A DNA stretch of 32,000 bases from Synechococcus sp. A15-24. GTDB taxonomy: Bacteria; Cyanobacteriota; Cyanobacteriia; PCC-6307; Cyanobiaceae. The notes below the pieces were generated by a model. That model did not search any database and had not been told where the DNA came from. It saw nothing but the letters and a program-made list of their open reading frames with translations. The position numbers and the translations under genes were made by a program. The DNA lies in assembly GCF_014280195.1 (NCBI RefSeq), contig NZ_CP047960.1, forward strand, positions 1,920,001-1,952,000, read 5' to 3'. Numbering within the stretch: the first letter of the stretch is position 1; every line of letters starts with the position of its first letter. This document shows, in pieces, positions 1-8,866 of this stretch.

Positions 1-196
1 CATTTATGGAGATGATCCGCCAGGTAGATCGGACCGATCGGGAAAATTGGATTGCAGGGCAGCCGCACCAGCAGCACCCGTTCCTGATTTGGGGACAACG
101 CAGCTGCTGCAGGGCCTTTTGGACGCTAACAAGCGCGATGACGAACGGCGCTCAACCATCCTTCACATTTGCTTTGTAAACGGGCGTACACACCTC

Positions 197-219
197 TCAA
201 CCTTCCGTTACATTGGTGT
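197..219 (+). promoter_or_regulatory. Candidate light-responsive promoter element upstream of psbA (two degenerate 8-nt half-repeats spaced by 2 nt, containing a TACATT -10-like hexamer)
   Basis: TCAACCTTCCGTTACATTGGTGT lies 62-84 nt upstream of the psbA ATG. A near-identical string, TCCAACCTTTGTTACATTTGGTGT, occurs at 31025-31048 upstream of hli. The architecture resembles HLR1/RpaB boxes. No transcription start site data are available. Confidence 0.4.
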
Positions 220-280
220 GAGGCAGGGCACACCTGCCCTTCCTTAAACCGTTCCTTCGGGAACACTTCTTTCCGTTCTC

Positions 281-1360
281 ATGACCACCACCCTCCAGCA
301 GCGCTCCGGCGCTTCCAGCTGGCAGGCTTTCTGCGAGTGGGTCACCTCCACCAACAACCGTCTGTATGTCGGTTGGTTCGGTGTGCTGATGATCCCCACC
401 CTGCTGGCTGCCACCATCTGCTTCGTCATCGCTTTCGTCGCCGCTCCTCCGGTTGACATCGATGGCATCCGCGAGCCCGTCGCTGGCTCCCTTATTTACG
501 GCAACAACATCATCTCCGGTGCTGTTGTTCCTTCCAGCAACGCCATTGGCCTGCACTTCTATCCCATTTGGGAAGCTGCTTCTCTTGATGAGTGGCTGTA
601 CAACGGCGGTCCTTTCCAGCTCGTCGTCTTCCACTTCCTGATCGGCATCTACGCCTACATGGGTCGTGAGTGGGAACTCTCCTACCGCCTGGGCATGCGC
701 CCCTGGATCTGCGTCGCCTACAGCGCACCTGTCGCTGCTGCCTCTGCAGTTTTCCTGGTCTACCCCTTCGGTCAGGGCTCCTTCTCTGACGCCATGCCCC
801 TGGGCATCTCCGGCACGTTCAACTACATGCTGGTGTTCCAGGCTGAGCACAACATCCTGATGCACCCCTTCCACATGCTGGGTGTTGCAGGTGTGTTCGG
901 TGGCTCCCTGTTCTCCGCCATGCATGGCTCCCTGGTGACCTCCTCCCTGGTGCGTGAAACCACCGAGACCGAGTCCCAGAACTACGGCTACAAGTTCGGC
1001 CAAGAGGAAGAGACCTACAACATCGTGGCTGCCCACGGTTACTTCGGTCGCCTGATCTTCCAATACGCCTCCTTCAACAACAGCCGTAGCCTCCACTTCT
1101 TCCTGGCTGCCTGGCCTGTTGTCGGCATCTGGTTCACCGCCCTGGGCGTGTCAACCATGGCCTTCAACCTGAACGGCTTCAACTTCAACCAGTCCATCCT
1201 TGATGGTCAGGGCCGCGTCCTGAACACCTGGGCCGACGTGTTGAACCGTGCCGGCCTCGGCATGGAAGTGATGCACGAGCGTAACGCTCACAACTTCCCC
1301 CTCGACCTGGCTGCTGCTGAGTCCACTCCTGTGGCTCTGCAGGCACCTGCCATCGGTTGA
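281..1360 (+). CDS. psbA: Photosystem II reaction-centre protein D1 (precursor, 359 aa), E130 (D1:2-type) isoform
   Basis: ATG start. Full-length unmistakable D1 sequence (MTTTLQQR...[26 protein letters not shown]...[22 protein letters not shown]). Residue 130 is Glu in YMGREWELS, counted directly. A C-terminal extension follows LDLA for CtpA processing. Confidence 0.98.
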   Translation: MTTTLQQRSGASSWQAFCEWVTSTNNRLYVGWFGVLMIPTLLAATICFVIAFVAAPPVDIDGIREPVAGSLIYGNNIISGAVVPSSNAIGLHFYPIWEAASLDEWLYNGGPFQLVVFHFLIGIYAYMGREWELSYRLGMRPWICVAYSAPVAAASAVFLVYPFGQGSFSDAMPLGISGTFNYMLVFQAEHNILMHPFHMLGVAGVFGGSLFSAMHGSLVTSSLVRETTETESQNYGYKFGQEEETYNIVAAHGYFGRLIFQYASFNNSRSLHFFLAAWPVVGIWFTALGVSTMAFNLNGFNFNQSILDGQGRVLNTWADVLNRAGLGMEVMHERNAHNFPLDLAAAESTPVALQAPAIG

Positions 1361-1397
1361 TCTGGAATCAAGTAACGATTCAGATCAACTGAATCGG

Positions 1398-1427
1398 AAA
1401 GCCCTCACCGCAAGGTGGGGGCTTTTT
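1398..1427 (+). terminator. Rho-independent terminator of psbA
   Basis: AAA-GCCCTCACC-GCAA-GGTGGGGGC-TTTTT: a 9-bp stem (one G-U pair), a GNRA-like tetraloop and a T5 tail. It is preceded by a second hairpin at 1357-1388 that overlaps the stop codon. Confidence 0.7.
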
Positions 1428-1472
1428 GTTGTGAAAACGCCTCCAACAAGCAGTTCCAGCCACAATGCCGCT

Positions 1473-1853
1473 ATGAGCCACTTCATCTCCACTCGGCTGC
1501 TGCTGTTGCTGGCACTGTCTCTGCCAGCTCAAGCTGCCGGCACGCCACCAACCTGGCCAAGCAAGGATCAATTGCGTGCCGTTCAGAGCGCCGCTTTTGA
1601 CTGTTCCAGGGAGAACACCAAGGAAACCTGCGATCGCGCACGGTCTCTGGCTGACCCCCTAATGGATCACCCTTTGCTGCCTGGAGTCTGCAAAGACGTG
1701 GTCTGGAGCCTGTTGGAGCAGGCCAGAGTGGCGACGAGTAACGACTACAAACGTCGCGACGCCATCGACGAACCTGCACGGAGGATCACGCGGATCTGTG
1801 CCAAACCGGCCAAACTGAAGAAAATCAAACCGGTTGCACCGACACAGTCGTGA
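1473..1853 (+). CDS. Hypothetical secreted protein (126 aa, four Cys)
   Basis: An ATG at 1473 gives MSHFISTRLLLLLALSLPAQA, a signal-peptide-like N-terminus. The longer ORF from 1431 would begin immediately after the psbA terminator T-tract (1423-1427), so I prefer the ATG at 1473. GC-rich third positions. No recognisable family. Confidence 0.5.
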   Translation: MSHFISTRLLLLLALSLPAQAAGTPPTWPSKDQLRAVQSAAFDCSRENTKETCDRARSLADPLMDHPLLPGVCKDVVWSLLEQARVATSNDYKRRDAIDEPARRITRICAKPAKLKKIKPVAPTQS

Positions 1854-2120
1854 TCAGTCGAAGTCGAAGCTGAAGCGCTGACCCTGCATTAGCTTACCCA
1901 CTTCACTGCGGATCTCCTCTAGCAATACTGCACTCACCTCTGGGTGCTTTTTGATCTCATCCACAAAGCTCTGCACATCTGCAGCCGTCAGGCCGTGGCT
2001 GCTGATCCTCGACTCAACTTTGTTGCGAAACTCCTCCAGTAAAGTCTTCTGATCGTCGCTGAGGGCCTTGGAACCGGGGTGGGTGCGTCCATGGTGAGTG
2101 TGGGCGCTTCGCTCCTTCAC
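1854..2120 (-). CDS. Hypothetical small helical protein with a His-rich N-terminus (HTHHGRTH)
   Basis: The ORF is open to 2183 (GTG), but that start would leave only ~50 nt before the divergent pgm start. An internal GTG at 2120 gives 88 aa. Coding-like codon bias. No family recognised. Confidence 0.4.
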   Translation of the reverse strand: MKERSAHTHHGRTHPGSKALSDDQKTLLEEFRNKVESRISSHGLTAADVQSFVDEIKKHPEVSAVLLEEIRSEVGKLMQGQRFSFDFD

Positions 2121-2157
2121 GATGGCAACCCCGGCTCGGGTTGACCACCACAGATAA

Positions 2158-3894
<1,737 letters not shown>

Positions 3895-3926
3895 TCGGTT
3901 TGCCCGAGTGAATGACCTGCCTCAAC

Positions 3927-3955
3927 AAAAAGCCACCCCGAGGGGTGGCTTTTTT
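3927..3955. terminator. Bidirectional rho-independent terminator between pgm (+) and the efflux operon (-)
   Basis: AAAAA-GCCACCC-CGAG-GGGTGGC-TTTTTT. A perfect GC-rich stem flanked by an A-run and a T-run, sitting between convergent genes. Confidence 0.7.
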
Positions 3956-3966
3956 ATGGGATTCCA

Positions 3967-4263
3967 TCAAAAGGGACGGCGGCCGCGGTGTGGATTCTTG
4001 GGGCGGTACAGAGGATCGGTGGCCTCCTCCTGCAACTGCCGCACGGTTTCGATGGCGAAACCACCCAGGCCGCCGGAGGAGATCACCATGAGATAAAACA
4101 AACGCAAGCGCCGTAGGTCAATCTCTGCTGGGCTGTTGTCGATCAGCACCTTGAGGAAATACGCCACCGCTGCACCGAGAGCACAACCGATGGCGATGGC
4201 CACCAGAACACGCAACCCACTGAAGGACTTGCTCTGATTCAGCTCGGGCTTCTGCGCAGACAT
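3967..4263 (-). CDS. Small membrane protein (98 aa) translationally coupled to the RND pump gene
   Basis: Its ATG (4263-4261) shares one nucleotide with the RND stop TGA (4265-4263), forming TGATG. Hydrophobic segments LRVLVAIAIGCALGAAVAYFLKVLI and LFYLMVISSGGLGGFAI. No family recognised. Confidence 0.5.
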   Translation of the reverse strand: MSAQKPELNQSKSFSGLRVLVAIAIGCALGAAVAYFLKVLIDNSPAEIDLRRLRLFYLMVISSGGLGGFAIETVRQLQEEATDPLYRPKNPHRGRRPF

Positions 4264-7200
4264 CAGCTCGGCTGGGCAGTTGGACTGGGAGCATCGTCCT
4301 GTGGCTTGGCATCGGCCTGACCCAGCAGCGACTTCATCACCACATAGAACACGGGCACCACCAAGGTGGAGAGGAAGGTCGCCACCAGCAGACCACCGAA
4401 CACCACCAGACCCAGAGACGACTGGCTCTGTGCACCAGCACCACTGGCGAGCATCAGCGGCAGGAAGCCGGTGAGCGAAGAGATCGCTGTCATCAGAATC
4501 GGCCGCAGACGCGATTTGGCCGAGAACTTGGCGGCTTCCAGGGCAGACTCGCCCTCGCCCATTTTCTGGTTGGCCAGGTCAACAATGAGGATGGCGTTAC
4601 CTCCCGCCAGACCAATCAGCATCACCAGGCCTACCTGGGCGTAGATGTTGAGCACCTGGCCGGCCCCGCCTAGGAAGACCAGGGCTCCCAGCAAGGCGGT
4701 AGGAACCGTCAAAAGGATGATGATCGGATCGGAGTAGCTCTCGTACTGGGCCGACAGCACCAGGAACACCGCCAGGATGCCCAGAGCGAAGATCACCGCT
4801 GCCAGGGAGCCGGCTTTCACCTCTTCACGGGAGATGCCGGTCCAGTCAAAGCCGAGGCCCTTATAACTACCGGTGTTAAAGATCTGCTTCATCGCCCCGA
4901 TCGCCTGACCGGAGCTGTTGCCCTCCTTGGGCGTGCCTTCGATCTTGATCGATCGGTAGAGGTTGAAGTGGGGAATCACGCTGGGGCCCACGGTTTGCTT
5001 AACCGTGAAGAACTCCGAAAGCGGCACCTGCTCACCCTGGGAATTGGGCACATAGATGGCAGAGAGTCGCTGGGGAGTGGCCCGACTCACTTCGTTGGCC
5101 TGCACGTAAACCCGACGCACCTTGCCCTCTTGGAAGGTGTCGTTGACGTAGGCACCACCAAAGTTGACGCTGAACGCGGACATGGCGGAACCGAAGTCCA
5201 CCCCGAGCGATGCCATCTGCTCGCGATCCACATCGATCTTGTACTGGGGCGCCTGAGGCGAGAACAACGAGTAGACGCGGTTCAGCACGGGGTCGGCATT
5301 GCCGGCCTGCATGATCTGCTGCGCCGTGCCAAAGAAGTCGTTCAAGGAGTAAACACCGCTGCTCTGATCGAGCAGCTGGAACTCAAAGCCACCACCGGTG
5401 CCGTAGCCGGGAATCGAGGGAGGCTCCACCACGAACACCCGCCCGGCATCGATGGCGCCGTACATCTTGGCGTTGAGGCGTTTCACCACAGCACCAACGG
5501 TGTGTTCACTGCCCGGGCGCTCCTCCCAATGCTTCATGCCAATGAAGAACAGGCCCTTGTTGGGAGCGTTGCCATCGAGGCTGGCGCCGCTGAAGAGAGC
5601 AGCCGAGGCAATGTCTTCTTCCGAACGCAGCACTTCAGCCACTTGGCGGTTGATCGCCAGGGTCTTCTCATTCGACACGCCATCGGGCGCCTGCACAAAA
5701 CCGATGGCGTAGCCCTGGTCTTCGATCGGTACGAAGCCACCGGGGATACGGGTGAAGGCAAAGCCAGTAAGCAAGATGCCTGCCGCCAATGCCGCCATCA
5801 CGATCGGACGGGCCTTCAACACCGCATCCAAGATGGAGGCATAGCGCTTCTCAAAACCGCTGTAGAAGCGATTGAAATTGCTGAAGATGACCGGAACGAA
5901 ATAGCCCACCACCAGACCGATGGCGGTGAACAGCACCACTGGAATCGGGTTGCTGAAGATCACACCGGTGGTGACCACACCCACTGCAGCGCCACCGGCG
6001 GTGAAGGGAAGACGCAGAGGCAAGCCTGTGATCTTGCCGGCAATGAAGCCGATCACGGCACCGATCACGGCGAGGATCAGCGCAGCTGCGGCCCCATTAC
6101 CCGCACTGAGCAAGCCGTAGATGAAGCCGAGAACAACGCCTGCTGTGGCGTACTGATTGCGGCTGAGCTCCTTGGTTTCACGAGAGAGCAACAGGGCCGA
6201 CAGCATCGGCGAGAAGGTGAGGGCGTTGAAGGTGGAGATGCCGATCGAAAAAAGGATCGTGGCGGCGAACTGCTTGTAGATCGTGCCGGTGGCACCCGGG
6301 AAGAACAGCACCGGCAGGAACACCGCCATCTTCACCAAGGAGGTGGCGATCACAGCGCCGAACAGTTCATCCATGGTTTCCATGGCCGCCTGCACGGACG
6401 TCATCCCCTCGGCCTTCTTGGCGGAGGTGTCTTCCACCACGGTGATGGCGTCGTCCACCACCAGGCCGGTGGCCAGCACCAGGCCAAACAGGGTGAGCTG
6501 GTTCAGTGAGAAACCGAAGGCCAGCACCAGGGCAAAGGTTCCGATGAGGGCCACCGGGATGGCAATAGCAGGAACCAGGGTGGCGTTCCAGTTCTGCAGG
6601 AACAGGAACAGGATCAGCACCACCAGGATCACGGCATCCCGCAGGGAGTTGGTCACACCCTTGATCGACTGGTTGATGAAGTCTGTGGTGTCGTAAATCT
6701 TCTGAACACCGAGGCCCACCGGCAAGGTTGTCTCGAATTCCTCGAGCACATCCTTCACACCGTTGGACACCTCGATGGCGTTACTGCCGGAGAGCTGATA
6801 GATGGCGATACCAACGGAAGGGGTGCCTTTGAGGTCCATGGCATCGATGCCATAGGTCTCACCGCCAAGCTCCACACGGCCCACATCTTTCAGACGCACC
6901 AGACCGCCAGCATCCATGCTTCGCAGCACGATGTTTTCAAATTCCTGAACGGTAGTGAGACGCCCCTGCAGCTGCACCGTGAAGGTGTATTCCTGACCTT
7001 CCGGAGCCGGTGCACCGCCGATTTTGCCGGCAGGAACGAGACGGTTCTGACTTTTCAGCTGTTGGACAACATCCGTGGCCGAAAGGTTGTTGGCCGTGAG
7101 TTTTTCCGGATCCAGCCAGAGCCGGAAGGCGATCTTGCGGTTGCCGAAGTAGGTGACGTCGCCCACGCCTTTAACGCGCTTGACGTTGTCGGTGAGGTTT

Positions 7201-7694
7201 TTATCGAGATATCCACTGATCGTCTCCACTGAGTATTCAGTTTTGGAAGGATCTTCGTTGACGAAGTTGTAAACGAGCAGAATCGAGTTGGAGGCCTTGT
7301 TGACCGTCACACCCGATTTGCGCACCTCTTCAGGCAACTGGGGCTCTGCCAGGGAAACGCGGTTCTGCACGTTTACCTGGTTGATGTTGCCGTCGGTGCC
7401 GCTTTCAAAAGACACCGAGATCGAACTCACACCATCCGACGAACTGTTGGAGGTGATGAAGTCCATGTTCTCGACCCCGTTGATCTGCTGCTCGAGCACG
7501 GAGGTCACACCCTGTTCCACAGCTACCGCATCAGCGCCCACGTAGGTGGACTGCACCTTCACCGTGGGAGGTGCAATGTCAGGCAGGTTTTCGATCGGCA
7601 GGATCGGGATTGCGATCAACCCGACGATCACAATCAACAGACTGCAGACCGTGCTGAGAACCGGCCTGGTGATGAAGTTATTGGAAGCAGACAT
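4263..7694 (-). CDS. RND-family inner-membrane efflux transporter (AcrB/HAE-like), 1143 aa, with an extra hydrophobic insertion
   Basis: AcrB-like N-terminus (FITRPVLSTVCSLLIVIVGLIAIPILPIENLPDIAPPTV), two large periplasmic loops, and conserved TM4 LVVDDAI and TM10/11 regions. It is about 100 aa longer than AcrB-type pumps. Confidence 0.93.
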   Translation of the reverse strand: MSASNNFITRPVLSTVCSLLIVIVGLIAIPILPIENLPDIAPPTVKVQSTYVGADAVAVEQGVTSVLEQQINGVENMDFITSNSSSDGVSSISVSFESGTDGNINQVNVQNRVSLAEPQLPEEVRKSGVTVNKASNSILLVYNFVNEDPSKTEYSVETISGYLDKNLTDNVKRVKGVGDVTYFGNRKIAFRLWLDPEKLTANNLSATDVVQQLKSQNRLVPAGKIGGAPAPEGQEYTFTVQLQGRLTTVQEFENIVLRSMDAGGLVRLKDVGRVELGGETYGIDAMDLKGTPSVGIAIYQLSGSNAIEVSNGVKDVLEEFETTLPVGLGVQKIYDTTDFINQSIKGVTNSLRDAVILVVLILFLFLQNWNATLVPAIAIPVALIGTFALVLAFGFSLNQLTLFGLVLATGLVVDDAITVVEDTSAKKAEGMTSVQAAMETMDELFGAVIATSLVKMAVFLPVLFFPGATGTIYKQFAATILFSIGISTFNALTFSPMLSALLLSRETKELSRNQYATAGVVLGFIYGLLSAGNGAAAALILAVIGAVIGFIAGKITGLPLRLPFTAGGAAVGVVTTGVIFSNPIPVVLFTAIGLVVGYFVPVIFSNFNRFYSGFEKRYASILDAVLKARPIVMAALAAGILLTGFAFTRIPGGFVPIEDQGYAIGFVQAPDGVSNEKTLAINRQVAEVLRSEEDIASAALFSGASLDGNAPNKGLFFIGMKHWEERPGSEHTVGAVVKRLNAKMYGAIDAGRVFVVEPPSIPGYGTGGGFEFQLLDQSSGVYSLNDFFGTAQQIMQAGNADPVLNRVYSLFSPQAPQYKIDVDREQMASLGVDFGSAMSAFSVNFGGAYVNDTFQEGKVRRVYVQANEVSRATPQRLSAIYVPNSQGEQVPLSEFFTVKQTVGPSVIPHFNLYRSIKIEGTPKEGNSSGQAIGAMKQIFNTGSYKGLGFDWTGISREEVKAGSLAAVIFALGILAVFLVLSAQYESYSDPIIILLTVPTALLGALVFLGGAGQVLNIYAQVGLVMLIGLAGGNAILIVDLANQKMGEGESALEAAKFSAKSRLRPILMTAISSLTGFLPLMLASGAGAQSQSSLGLVVFGGLLVATFLSTLVVPVFYVVMKSLLGQADAKPQDDAPSPTAQPS

Positions 7695-7703
7695 CGTTCA
7701 GCC

Positions 7704-8831
7704 TCAGTTCGCCTCGGCGGGTTGCACCTGCACGGGCATGCCGTGTTTCAGGTTGAGCAGATTGGTGGTGGCCACCTTCTGATTGGCCTCAAGCCCTTTG
7801 GTGATCGGGTAAAGCTGATTTTCGAGTTCGCCCACCGTGACGGGGGTCTGCAGAGCGAACTGGGCATCAGCCGGCAATTTGCCCGCCTTGATTCCCTTCT
7901 CAAGCTTCTCCAGATCAGCCTTACCGGGGTTCTCTTTGAGCTCCTCAAACGTGCCGAGTCGGAACACAAAGCTCTGTCCAGAGGTCTGCGTCACCGCTGC
8001 AAAGGGAACCGACAGCTCTTGTTGCGCATTGATCTGTACCCGAGTGCTCAGGCGCTGGCCATCGCGCAGCTTGCCGTCTTCATTGGGGAAGACCGCTTTC
8101 ACCAGCAACCCCTGGGTCTTTTTGTTGACCCGGGGATCAATCGAATCAACCTTGCCTGTGGCGATCACGTTCTCGCTCCCAGGAGCACTGAGCAACACCG
8201 GCTGTCCGAGGGCCAGACGATTGGAGAACACCGCAGGCACTTCCACGCGGGCTTCCAGCTCGTTGTTCTGCACGAGGCTGGTGAACACCTGGCCCGTCTG
8301 GATCACGTCACCCACCTTGACGGTGACGTCTGCCACAGTCCCCGCAGAAGGAGACCGCAAGTTGTTGTAGCTCAAGGTGGCTTCTGTGGACTTCGCCGTT
8401 TCCATCGCAGCGATGTACTGGGTGCGGTAGCGATCCAGCTCCTTCTGAGACGCGGCACCGGTTTTGAAGAGGTATTGATAGCGCTCGTAGTTCGCGCGCG
8501 CCGTCTCGGATTTGGCCTTGTCCTCCGCCAACCTGGCCTGCTGCTGAGCCTGATCCAGCACCACCAGCAGCTGACCGGGATCGACTTCATCGCCCTGCTT
8601 GATCTTCAGCTCAAGAATCCGACCACCCGACTGAGCTGCCAGTTCCACCAGATTGCTGGCCTCAAGCGTGCTGACGGTGTCGACGCCATCAGTGAAATCC
8701 GCCATCTGGGTGGACACGGCCTGAACCTTCGGCGGCGGCTGCTGCTTGGGGGCTTCTCCCTTACAAGAACTGACTGTGACCAGAGCGGCGAGGGAAAGAA
8801 GCAGTCGCTGCGGATGACGCACAGAGTTCAA
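7704..8831 (-). CDS. Efflux RND periplasmic adaptor (membrane fusion protein, HlyD/AcrA family), probable lipoprotein
   Basis: N-terminus LLLSLAALVTVSSC is lipobox-like. It has a coiled-coil hairpin region (QQARLAEDKAKSETARANYERYQYL) plus barrel-sandwich/beta-barrel regions. It ends 9 nt upstream of the RND gene. The start is TTG 8831 or GTG 8822. Confidence 0.88.
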   Translation of the reverse strand: MNSVRHPQRLLLSLAALVTVSSCKGEAPKQQPPPKVQAVSTQMADFTDGVDTVSTLEASNLVELAAQSGGRILELKIKQGDEVDPGQLLVVLDQAQQQARLAEDKAKSETARANYERYQYLFKTGAASQKELDRYRTQYIAAMETAKSTEATLSYNNLRSPSAGTVADVTVKVGDVIQTGQVFTSLVQNNELEARVEVPAVFSNRLALGQPVLLSAPGSENVIATGKVDSIDPRVNKKTQGLLVKAVFPNEDGKLRDGQRLSTRVQINAQQELSVPFAAVTQTSGQSFVFRLGTFEELKENPGKADLEKLEKGIKAGKLPADAQFALQTPVTVGELENQLYPITKGLEANQKVATTNLLNLKHGMPVQVQPAEAN

Positions 8832-8866
8832 CCCCTTTGCCGGATTATGCGCCGAACGTCACGGGG

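Noticed and set aside
1-247. Open reading frames running in from the left edge (frame 2 open to 247, frame 3 open to 180) and a 55-codon minus-strand ORF
   Set aside because: They are too short and too truncated to identify. No motif was recognised, and the frame-2 ORF would run through the psbA promoter region. One could be the 3' end of an upstream gene, but it cannot be called from this window.
197-1096. 299-aa minus-strand ORF, plus several 60-95-aa ORFs, overlapping psbA
   Set aside because: They lie entirely antisense or out of frame to an unmistakable psbA. Long spurious ORFs are expected on the opposite strand of high-GC genes.
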